The notes beneath the pieces are model-generated. The model was not told the DNA's origin and did not search any database. It worked only from the letters and a program-made list of their open reading frames with translations. Position numbers and translations under genes: made by a program. 59,332 nt of DNA from an uncultured Gammaproteobacteria bacterium (lineage in GTDB: Bacteria; Patescibacteriota; Patescibacteriia; UBA1558; 2-01-FULL-52-15), in assembly GCA_964422585.1 (NCBI GenBank), contig CAYRBH010000006.1, forward strand, positions 1 to 59,332, read 5' to 3'. This document shows positions 26,529 to 35,130 of this stretch, piece after piece (position 1 is the stretch's first letter; each line of letters starts with the position of its first letter).

Positions 26529-26734
26529 ACGCCACCCCCTGGCACCTCGCCCGATCGAGCAAGATGAAAAAGTAACAGTGTTGGTACGTAACCCAGCCCT
26601 CAGTCTCTCACCATCCGCCTACCGGCGGAGATGCAGAATTATTTTGAGATAGATATCAAAGGGCAATAACGCAAAAAAAATACTATATTCTATGAGTTTT
26701 GTCAATATGCAGTAGTATAAGCTACAATATCTCT

Positions 26735-27403
26735 ATGCGTATCAAATCTGTGCGTTCAGGAAACTTGAAGGTCACAAAGCAATCAGTGGTACTCGACTGG
26801 AAAACGAAACTGAAAAAAACGACCATTACCGTCGCTTCACATGAAGGCCTTATCTATATCATGGCACTCGGGCTTTCGAGAACAACGGAACGGACCATCC
26901 ATTTCAAGCTCGGCACTGGTAGTAGCGTGATGATCCATGGCATCGTGCTTGGCGGAATGAATGATACACTGACAACCAATGTCGTCGTTGAGCATCAGGG
27001 GCCTCGTGCAACCTCACGCATCATACTCCGCGGCGTATTCGGTGGCACCGCACGAGGTATGTTGAATGGCACGATCCATATCCGGAAAACCGCGCAGCTA
27101 TCAGATGCCCGCCTCGAAGAACGTGTACTACTCCTCTCTCCTGAAGCAAAGGCCGAGACCATACCGAATCTTGAGATCGAAGCCGATGACGTGAAAGCGT
27201 CGCATGCAGCGACTATAGCACGGCTTTCCGAGGAGGAGCTCTTCTATTTGCAAACACGGGGTTTCAAAAAAAACGAAGGCATCAGTCTGCTCCTTGATGC
27301 CTTCATCTTCTCACAACTTGCACATTTACCTGAGGGAAGTGAACGTGGTATCCTTGAGAGAGCTTTGAAGAAAAAACTTTCAAACATACTCAAAAACACA
27401 TAG
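26735..27403 (+). CDS. sufD: SufD-family Fe-S assembly protein (short)
   Basis: ETIPNLEIEADDVKASHAATI, LFYLQTRG. Confidence 0.9.
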   Translation: MRIKSVRSGNLKVTKQSVVLDWKTKLKKTTITVASHEGLIYIMALGLSRTTERTIHFKLGTGSSVMIHGIVLGGMNDTLTTNVVVEHQGPRATSRIILRGVFGGTARGMLNGTIHIRKTAQLSDARLEERVLLLSPEAKAETIPNLEIEADDVKASHAATIARLSEEELFYLQTRGFKKNEGISLLLDAFIFSQLAHLPEGSERGILERALKKKLSNILKNT

Positions 27404-27406
27404 CGT

Positions 27407-28114
27407 ATGAGTCCAACTCTCCTCTTCATCTGGATCATTGGCGTCGCGGGCTTCACGGTGCTCGGCAGCGCCTATGCACGGAAGTATGAACGGCCCGATA
27501 TGCTCATCATGCTCTATGTCACCTTCACACTGATAGCACAGATCCTCGCGGTAAAGATATCCTCATTCAATTTCGGCTTCGCGACATTCATAGGACCGAG
27601 TGGCGTCATCATCTTCTCTATCACTTTCTTACTGACTGATAACGTCAATGAGAAGTTTGGTCGCGAAGAAACGCAAAGAATGATACTCCTCGCTTTCATT
27701 TCGCAAGTCGCTACATCGCTTTTTTTCTGGCTCGGCACCGAGATGCAGCCGGCGCCGTACTGGAACCTGCAGGGCGCTTGGGCCATGATCTTCTCAGCTG
27801 TTCCGCGCATTACGATAGCGAGCTGGCTCGCATTCCTGGTCTCAGAGAATGTCGATGCCTATGTCTTCGCCTGGTTCAAAAAAGTAACGCATGATAAGCA
27901 TCTCTGGGCGCGCAATGTATTTAGCTCCATACCATCACTCACTATCGACAGCCTCATCTTCATCACCGTAGCCTTCGCCGGGACGATGCCATTACTGCCA
28001 CTTATCATTGGACAAACCGCGGTAAAATGGGTAGTCGGTGTTATCTCCATCCCATTCATGTATCTCAATAGCTGGATGTTATTCAAAAAAGGAGAAGGTC
28101 ACTCTATAGATTGA
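27407..28114 (+). CDS. yhhQ: Queuosine precursor transporter (YhhQ/VUT family)
   Basis: ILAVKI, TFLLTD..NEKFG, PRITIASWLAFLVSE..D, IDSLIFIT.AF. Confidence 0.85.
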   Translation: MSPTLLFIWIIGVAGFTVLGSAYARKYERPDMLIMLYVTFTLIAQILAVKISSFNFGFATFIGPSGVIIFSITFLLTDNVNEKFGREETQRMILLAFISQVATSLFFWLGTEMQPAPYWNLQGAWAMIFSAVPRITIASWLAFLVSENVDAYVFAWFKKVTHDKHLWARNVFSSIPSLTIDSLIFITVAFAGTMPLLPLIIGQTAVKWVVGVISIPFMYLNSWMLFKKGEGHSID

Positions 28115-28118
28115 CACT

Positions 28119-29327
28119 ATGAACTCATATCGCGCTGCATTCCCCATTTTGGAAAGAATCCCCGGCAAAAAGCAATTGTCGTATTTGGACAATGCCGCGA
28201 CAACACAGAAGCCGCGCTCAGTCATCCAAGCTGAATGCGACTTTTACACGACCTATAATGCGAATATCCATCGCGGGATGTATAGCCTGAGCCAGCGAGC
28301 GACCGAAAGCTGCGACGCGACGCGGGAAAAAATGCGAACACTATTGCATGCGCGCGATGCGTCGGAGATTATATTTACCTCTGGCACGACGATGGGTATC
28401 AACCTTATTGCCTACACTTGGGCTGAAAAAAATCTGAAGCGCGGCGATATGATCATGCTTACTATGATGGAACATCATGCGAATGTCGTGCCCTGGCAAG
28501 AGCTCGCGAAGCGAAAAGGTGTGAAAATATGTTATGTGCCGCTGCTGCCGACCGGGGAACTCAACTACAGAACCCTTGCCCGGATGGTGACCAAAAAAAT
28601 CAGGCTTGTTGCAGTGACACATATCTCTAATGTGCTCGGCGTCTACAATGATATCGACAGGATCATCGCCATTGTGCGGAAAAAATCTAGAGCAAAAATA
28701 CTTCTCGACGCCGCCCAGAGCATCGCCCATGTGCCAATCAATGTAGAGAAACTTGATGTAGATTTCCTCGTCGCCTCAGGACACAAAATGTATGGCCCGA
28801 CAGGGATCGGCATACTCTATGGCAAGAAAAAAAATCTCGAAGCAATGCCGCCATTCCTTACTGGCGGAGATATGATCATCGATGTCTCGACCGAGCGAAC
28901 CATTTTCCAAGGACCTCCAGCGCGCTTCGAGGCCGGCACGCCGAATATCGCCGGCATCATAGGCCTAGGCGCAGCCGCTGATTTCCTCATGGAGCATGGG
29001 ATCAAAAAACTGGCACAAGCAGAGAAGGAGATCACTGATTATACCTATGGGAGGCTTTCAGCACTGAAAGAAGTGACGCTCTATGGGCCCCGCGAAAGAC
29101 ATGGCATCATCAGCTTCAATGTCGAAGGTGTGCATGCGCATGATGTGGCAGAAATTTGTAATCGTTTCGGCGTCTGCATCAGGTCCGGCAATCATTGCGC
29201 CATGCCACTGCATCGCTTTTTGAAAATTCCCGCTTCTGCGCGAGCATCACTCGCATGCTACAATACGAAAGCTGATGTGGATCAGCTGATCGCAGCTTTG
29301 AAAGAGGCAATCAACATATTCAAATAA
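28119..29327 (+). CDS. sufS: Cysteine desulfurase SufS
   Basis: YLDNAATTQKP, EHHAN.VPW, SGHKMYGPTG, RSGNHCA. Confidence 0.96.
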   Translation: MNSYRAAFPILERIPGKKQLSYLDNAATTQKPRSVIQAECDFYTTYNANIHRGMYSLSQRATESCDATREKMRTLLHARDASEIIFTSGTTMGINLIAYTWAEKNLKRGDMIMLTMMEHHANVVPWQELAKRKGVKICYVPLLPTGELNYRTLARMVTKKIRLVAVTHISNVLGVYNDIDRIIAIVRKKSRAKILLDAAQSIAHVPINVEKLDVDFLVASGHKMYGPTGIGILYGKKKNLEAMPPFLTGGDMIIDVSTERTIFQGPPARFEAGTPNIAGIIGLGAAADFLMEHGIKKLAQAEKEITDYTYGRLSALKEVTLYGPRERHGIISFNVEGVHAHDVAEICNRFGVCIRSGNHCAMPLHRFLKIPASARASLACYNTKADVDQLIAALKEAINIFK

Positions 29328-29708
29328 ATGTCTGAAGAACTGTATCGTCATAAAATATTGGACCATTACCGCTCCCCGCGGAATTTCGGCGTGTTACAAA
29401 AAGCTACTCATAGCGCCGGTCATGCGAATGTCAGTTGTGGCGATCAAGTGCAGTTCCAGGCAACCATCAAGCATGGGAAGATCGTGGATCTTGCTTTCAG
29501 CGGCGAAGGTTGCGCTGTCAGCATCGCCGCAACCTCTATGGTCAGTGAATATGCGCTCGGCAAGACACTGGCCACAGTGAAAAAAATGAATCGGAAAAAT
29601 ATTGAAAAACTTCTTGGCATTTCTATTTCAGGCGCGCGTGAAAAATGCGCCATGCTCGGCTTGCAAACGCTGCAGGCTATTAAAAAAATACCAAAGCATC
29701 GAGGCTAA
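29328..29708 (+). CDS. sufU: SufU/IscU-type scaffold or sulfur-transfer protein
   Basis: ILDHYRSPRN, N.SCGD, GCAVSIAATS, R.KCA.L. Confidence 0.9.
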   Translation: MSEELYRHKILDHYRSPRNFGVLQKATHSAGHANVSCGDQVQFQATIKHGKIVDLAFSGEGCAVSIAATSMVSEYALGKTLATVKKMNRKNIEKLLGISISGAREKCAMLGLQTLQAIKKIPKHRG

Positions 29709-29726
29709 TTTGACCACCGCATCACA

Positions 29727-31094
29727 ATGAAACTCCGGAAAAAAATACTTGGTCCTGTCTTGTATTGGGTCCTGCTTTTGGCAGCGCTGATCATCTTGCA
29801 GACTAAACACATCATTAATCAGGATGACGGCGTTATACTGGAAGGCGCGTGGAACATGATGCATGGCCGTTGGATCTATAGTGATTTTTTCGAATTCGTG
29901 ACACCGGGCAGCTTTCTCCTGATCGCAGGCGTCTGGAAACTCATCGGTATTAGCTACTAGTCCGCCCGATCTGTCGGGATCCTCAGTGTTTTCATCACGT
30001 CTATCGGCGCTTTCAAAATAAGCAGACTAATCTCTCAGGGCTAGAAGACCTATGTGGTCCCATTACTCATAGTCTTCACCTCACCTCAATGGTCTATTAT
30101 TAACCACAATTCTTTCTTTCTCGTATTCGCTATGTGGTCATGTTATTTTTTTATCCGAACGCTACAACCTCACGCGAAATTGTATGACAGTATCTACTCT
30201 GGCCTACTAACCGGCCTCTCCATACTCTTCCTGCAACATAAGGGTTTCGTTCTTTTTGTCGTGGCATTCACGACACTCGGTATACTCTGGCTGAAGGAGC
30301 GTACTCGTACGCAACGCGACATCTGCATCGCATATCTGTTGAGTACGCTCTTGGTGATAGCAGCCCTACTCATAGTCTGGCCTATCGCTGTCCTGTATAA
30401 CAACCTGATCCTCCCCTTATTCTCATACTCAGAAAATCAGCCGATAGAGCTGTTCTACTTCATCCTATTTTCCCTCGTGATCTGTATGCCGCTAGTATTG
30501 CTCTGGAAAAAGGCGACTACCCCGGTGCGTTTCCTACTCGCATTGCAGGCGACATTATTCATAGCTGCTGAAGCAAGCATGAACTTAGTGCATATCAGCT
30601 TTATCCTGGCTCCTTTGTATATCCTCCTTCCCTTCCTCATAGACACTACATTAGCGGCACTATCTATAGCTGGCGTGACGCACCTTGTATTCTTTGGTGT
30701 CGCTTTCTTCTTCATTCTGCAAAATGCTATCGCGACAGAGATCCTATCGCCACCATTCAGCGAGATTGATACTCGACCACTGAGACTCGTCGTTGATAGA
30801 TTCTGCCCAGGCGCCTATATCTACGCGGGGCCTTTCACGCCGGCGGTGTATTTTGAGGCGAGAAAACTGAACCCAACGCCCTACTATATGCTGCTTGATG
30901 ATTCATTACCGTCACATCCTTTCACCGTTGCCCGAGACAATCTAATGGAGCTACAGCCAAGCTGCGCGATACTTGATTATTCGCGCGTAGGTCAATTCGG
31001 TTATGATCAAAATAATATCCTGGAACAGTATATACGGACTCATTATAAAATTCGAGGTGCTCTGGGAACCTCGATCTTCATGACGAGGATATAA
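29727..31094 (+). pseudogene. ArnT/GT-C-like membrane glycosyltransferase frame interrupted by two in-frame TAG codons (29958, 30042)
   Basis: ORFs 29727..29960 and 30054..31094 share a frame; the gap reads SY*SARSVG...SQG*KTY; DDG..LEGAW and PG motifs. Confidence 0.65.
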
Positions 31095-31138
31095 TTTATC
31101 ATACACAAAACTCACCTTTTAGAGGTGAGTCATTGTGA

Positions 31139-31213
31139 TGGGGCGGCTACTGGGAATCGAACCCAGGCATCTAGGACCACAACCCAGTGTTCTGCCATTA
31201 AACTATAGCCGCC
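31139..31213 (-). tRNA. tRNA-His(GTG) with G-1
   Basis: Cloverleaf, loop TTGTGGT, C73, encoded CCA. Confidence 0.92.
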
Positions 31214-31227
31214 ATGAACTACTAGTA

Positions 31228-31302
31228 TGGTCCCCTCGGAGGGAATCGAACCCCCATCTCAGGCTTAGAAGTCCCAAGCTCTATCCATTGAGCTACGAGG
31301 GG
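31228..31302 (-). tRNA. tRNA-Arg(TCT)
   Basis: Cloverleaf, loop CTTCTAA, encoded CCA; weak anticodon stem. Confidence 0.88.
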
Positions 31303-31466
31303 GTAATGTTCAAAGCACGCACTACGATACCATCTAAAAGTATACCATGTCAACGACGTGACCTGATAGAACTCTTTTGCCCGATGCGGAGCCAGCGCGG
31401 TATCTGTGCTCCATCAGCGACTAGTTGCGTTAATCCATAGTTATACCGCCTCAATACCACTGTCTA

Positions 31467-31580
31467 TTGCAGCTTAAAATAAAACATGCTATCCTACTCC
31501 TAATGCCTGAACACCAGAGAAAAATAGATAGTCCAACTCATCGTGGAGTATAAACGTCCCGCACTGCGGGACGTTTTTTT
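31467..31580 (+). promoter_or_regulatory. Promoter, 16-codon leader ORF (31503..31553) and terminator upstream of the AsnRS-like gene (candidate attenuator)
   Basis: TTGCAG-17-TATCCT; ATG 7 nt later; stop overlaps AAACGTCCCGC-ACT-GCGGGACGTTTTTTT. Confidence 0.55.
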
Positions 31581-31602
31581 ATAAGCATTAACAAACAACG
31601 CT

Positions 31603-32607
31603 ATGCAAGCAAAACTTGCTACAGCCCGCCTTGAGGCAGAGGTATTCAAGGCCGGCAGGAAGTATCTCGACTCGCAGGGGTTTATAGAATTGTTCCCGCC
31701 GCGGCTCGTCCGGGCATCCGGCGCCTGCGAAAATGTACATACCCTATTTGAGGTGAGCTCGAATAGGGATTTTTCTTGGTTCGGCGCTCCTGGACACAAA
31801 CATCAAGCCTACCTTGCCCAGACCGGGCAGCTCTACCTGGAGGCATTTGTGCCGTATTTCGGAAAGACGTTCTGCTCAGGTCCCAGCTTCCGCGCAGAAG
31901 CCGGTAATGACAATCGTCATCTGACCGAGTTCGAGATGATGGAAATAGAGTTCAAGGGCACTTTCGATGATCTGCTGAAGTATATAGAGGGTTTCATCTA
32001 CTCTATCGTCGAGGATCTTCTCGACCTGCCGCTGCAAAAACAAAAAGAGATGGGTCTGGCGAATGAGATACATCGTCTGTCAAAAGTAAAAAAAGTATTC
32101 CCGAAAATAACCTATGATGAGGCCATCAAAAAACTCGGCCTTGCCTGGGGCGATGATATCGATAGTAAGAAAGAACAGGAGCTTGTCGAGATGTATGGCG
32201 ACCATCCGCTCTTCATCACGCGCTATCCTGATCCTATGCACGATCATGGCAGAGAGATAGAGGTTGAAAAATTCTTCAATATGCTTCCTGATCCAGAACA
32301 TCCTGGGCGCGTACTGTCAGCTGACTTGATCCTGCCTATCGCCGGCGAATCAGTAGGATCTGCTGCACGCGTCGATGATCCTAAAACACTAGTCTACCGA
32401 CTTGAACATTCGAAAATGTACAAACGGCTCGTAAGTCTCGGTGGCAGCATGGATGATTTCAAATGGTATATCGATCGTGCGAATGAAAAAATGGTTCCTC
32501 ATGCCGGCTGCGGTTTCGGCATGTCACGCATCTTACGCTGGATAGCAAATACCGATGATATCAAGAAAGCTGTGACCTTCCCGAGTAATCAGGAACATAT
32601 CATCTAA
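31603..32607 (+). CDS. AsnRS-like catalytic core lacking the anticodon-binding domain (archaeal-type asparagine synthetase A-like)
   Basis: YLAQTGQLYLE, GPSFRAE, RHLTEF, HAGCGFG..R; 334 aa with no N-terminal OB fold. Confidence 0.75.
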   Translation: MQAKLATARLEAEVFKAGRKYLDSQGFIELFPPRLVRASGACENVHTLFEVSSNRDFSWFGAPGHKHQAYLAQTGQLYLEAFVPYFGKTFCSGPSFRAEAGNDNRHLTEFEMMEIEFKGTFDDLLKYIEGFIYSIVEDLLDLPLQKQKEMGLANEIHRLSKVKKVFPKITYDEAIKKLGLAWGDDIDSKKEQELVEMYGDHPLFITRYPDPMHDHGREIEVEKFFNMLPDPEHPGRVLSADLILPIAGESVGSAARVDDPKTLVYRLEHSKMYKRLVSLGGSMDDFKWYIDRANEKMVPHAGCGFGMSRILRWIANTDDIKKAVTFPSNQEHII

Positions 32608-32643
32608 CAATCGAAGACGCCCATGAACTGAATCACGAGCGTC

Positions 32644-33021
32644 TCATTTCCTCCCCTCATCCTGAGCGGTCACTGTCCTTCGCTGCAGCTTCAGCTCGCT
32701 GAACAACTCTTGCAGTGCCGCGATGCTCTGCGGCGAGGTAAAGCACTGCATGTCGGGCCGCAGCGGCTCGCAGTAGGCAGTCAGAGTCCTCCTATCGTTT
32801 CTGAGAACAGATGTCATGAACAGCACCAGGGCTGTGACCTCCGGATCAGGATTCGAGCCGGTGTTGGCCAGACCCTCTGAGAGTCCTGAGTAGTAGACGA
32901 CTTGGCTGAAGTCAAACTCTGACGGTCTCTTCGAACCAGGCGCGCCAACAACGACTATGTAGGCGCCCTCGGCGATCTTATCTCTGATCGCCCGTGTCAA
33001 TCCATTAAATAACGGACCCAT
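32644..33021 (-). CDS. Orphan hypothetical protein (GC-rich, SD-led)
   Basis: AAGGAGG SD before MGPLFNGL. Confidence 0.65.
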   Translation of the reverse strand: MGPLFNGLTRAIRDKIAEGAYIVVVGAPGSKRPSEFDFSQVVYYSGLSEGLANTGSNPDPEVTALVLFMTSVLRNDRRTLTAYCEPLRPDMQCFTSPQSIAALQELFSELKLQRRTVTAQDEGRK

Positions 33022-33156
33022 GGCACCCTCCTTAGGGGTGGTTGAGTTAGTAGGAATGAACAAGTACCTACCTGCTTCTTAACATCCAAAAGCGACAAGG
33101 TCAAGTGGTTATTCTTCTCAGTTGCAACAGCGCTTCATTCAGCCTATACTAACCAC

Positions 33157-33315
33157 ATGTCCCTACAATTCAATAAAGTTACCTGGTACTCGAAGCTGCT
33201 CGCGTTGATCATATTCATACTGTTCCCGATTATCGCTTTTCACCTAGGCATGCAGTATCAAAAAGCGCTGGATAGCGCATACCAAGGAACACGCTCACTA
33301 TCTATAACAAAATGA
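33157..33315 (+). CDS. Small single-TM protein, missed by the ORF track
   Basis: MSLQFNKVTWYSKLLALIIFILFPIIAFHLGMQYQ...; TTGCAA-17-TATACT-6-ATG; ATGA overlap with uppP. Confidence 0.7.
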   Translation: MSLQFNKVTWYSKLLALIIFILFPIIAFHLGMQYQKALDSAYQGTRSLSITK

Positions 33316-34103
33316 ACGTAGCACTTGCCATCATACTAGGCGCGGTCGAAGGCTTTACCGAGTTTTTGCCTATCTCCTCGACCGGACATCTGATTCTGGT
33401 AGCGCATCTTTTTTCCTACACCGGACCGAAGGCCGATGTGTTCATCATCTTCATCCAAATCGGCACTATCTTCGCGGTCATCACTGAGTATTGGGAGAAA
33501 GTCATTAGTGTACTGCGCACATTTTCGCGCGAAGCTCAAACGCGGCGGTTCACCGGTGCTATTCTGATTGCTTTTCTCCCAGCAGCGATACTCGGTGTAC
33601 TCGTACACAAGGCAATCGAACAAAAATTATTCGGCCCTATCCCTGTCGCTGCCGCCCTCATCGCTGGAGCTATCTTCATATTCATCTTAGAAGCAACAGC
33701 CCGCACTCCACGCACGACCTCCGCTCAACATGTTTCGATACGACAGGCGCTGAGCATCGGCTTAGCGCAATGCCTCTCGCTCTGGCCGGGATTCTCTCGA
33801 TCAGCCGCAACAATCATGGGCGGCATGGCCGTAGGCCTGGATCGGACCTCCGCGACCGAATTTTCTTTTTTCTTAGCCATACCGACACTCGGAGCCGCGA
33901 CGCTCTATAGCCTACTCAAAGATGTGCATCTACTAAGCAGAGGCGATCTCGGCTATTTGCTCATCGCCACTATCGTCAGCTTCATCGTCGCACGCTGGGC
34001 GATACGCTGGCTGCTACAGTACATTTCGACACATACCCTGAAGCCATTCGCCTGGTATCGAGTGGCGCTGGGTATACTCGTGTTACTCATTCTCTACAGA
34101 TAA
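33312..34103 (+). CDS. uppP: Undecaprenyl-diphosphate phosphatase
   Basis: GAVEGFTEFLPISSTGH, PGFSRS.ATI, EFSFFLAIPT, WYR. Confidence 0.95.
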   Translation: MNVALAIILGAVEGFTEFLPISSTGHLILVAHLFSYTGPKADVFIIFIQIGTIFAVITEYWEKVISVLRTFSREAQTRRFTGAILIAFLPAAILGVLVHKAIEQKLFGPIPVAAALIAGAIFIFILEATARTPRTTSAQHVSIRQALSIGLAQCLSLWPGFSRSAATIMGGMAVGLDRTSATEFSFFLAIPTLGAATLYSLLKDVHLLSRGDLGYLLIATIVSFIVARWAIRWLLQYISTHTLKPFAWYRVALGILVLLILYR

Positions 34104-34610
34104 ATGCGCCCGTCACATCACAGACCTCTTGGACTGAAACTCATTATCATCTATAAATTCGTCATGGGCACCGGCGAAGTCTTAAGCGGACTCGCGCTCA
34201 CCGGCGGCGGCATCGCAGCCTTCATCACCTCACGCTTCATAGACCCGATGACGATAACACATACTCTTTCGTCACACGAACTCGCTGAGGATCCGAACGA
34301 CCTCTTCGCGAAATGGATCATCTCGCAATCACCGACGCATCTATTCCATACCGCATTGAATGTCGGCCTCATCCTCCTGGCCATCGGCAGTATCAAGCTC
34401 ATCGTCGCCTTCGGCTTGCTGCTCCGATCGAAGCGAGCGCACGCTTTAGCAGTTCTCTTCGTCGCACTGCTCACTATCTTCTCCACCTTGGACCTGCTGC
34501 TGCATACGACCTTTATCAGAGGTTGTGCCGTTGGTATCGAATTAGCGACGCTCTACTATCTCCTCGAGGTAATTCCGAAAGAATTCGAAAAAAGTAGCGC
34601 CCGTGCCTAA
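34104..34610 (+). CDS. DUF2127-like membrane protein
   Basis: LKLIIIYK...E, HELAEDP, GLL; 4 TM segments. Confidence 0.65.
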   Translation: MRPSHHRPLGLKLIIIYKFVMGTGEVLSGLALTGGGIAAFITSRFIDPMTITHTLSSHELAEDPNDLFAKWIISQSPTHLFHTALNVGLILLAIGSIKLIVAFGLLLRSKRAHALAVLFVALLTIFSTLDLLLHTTFIRGCAVGIELATLYYLLEVIPKEFEKSSARA

Positions 34611-34649
34611 TGCACGAGCGCTTTCATCACCTACATCAACAGCGTAGGT

Positions 34650-35009
34650 TCATTTCGTTGTTGTAACCAGCTTCTCAAGGCTCTGCCTTCCCATCGTTTC
34701 CCAGAACTGCTGAACCGTCAGACACGAACTCATCGGGCGGCCCAACTGAATACAGTTGATCCACATCTTGCGTCCGCCCTCACAATGCTCCAAAATCTCC
34801 TCACGCGCGAGTGTTGCGCGCTCATAGATTGCGCTTTGCACTCCGAGAAGTTCTGCATCAGTCAAGCGACCGAACACCTGAAGCCGATACCACTCCTTCG
34901 TGAACTCGACGGACACAGCGCCATCCTCTGCGATACAGTAGACGCCAGCCGTCATGCGATCGTCATTGTGCACCGACGGAACATAATTGATATAGCCGTA
35001 TTGCAGCAT
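34650..35009 (-). CDS. DUF3037-like protein (SD-led, own promoter)
   Basis: Y..INYVP....D....GV and N.IQL..P resemble DUF3037; GGAGGAGG SD; TTGACA-17-TAGAGT at 35053-35081. Confidence 0.5.
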   Translation of the reverse strand: MLQYGYINYVPSVHNDDRMTAGVYCIAEDGAVSVEFTKEWYRLQVFGRLTDAELLGVQSAIYERATLAREEILEHCEGGRKMWINCIQLGRPMSSCLTVQQFWETMGRQSLEKLVTTTK

Positions 35010-35130
35010 GTGAACCTCCTCCGTTGAAATGAATGTACGACACAGTAAGCCCACTCTAGGGCTTCTCGGAAGCGCTGTCAACGGTAGTGGTCATTTTTGT
35101 AATTACAAAACAATTTGCTATACTCTCAGT

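Noticed and set aside
31135-31440. 101-aa ORF and similar ORFs at 41849, 47551, 55085 and 55061
   Set aside because: They overlap tRNA genes (antisense or sense shadow ORFs)
31520-31560. T-box riboswitch before the AsnRS-like gene
   Set aside because: No GGTGGNACC T-box sequence and too short for stem I; kept only as an unclassified attenuator candidate
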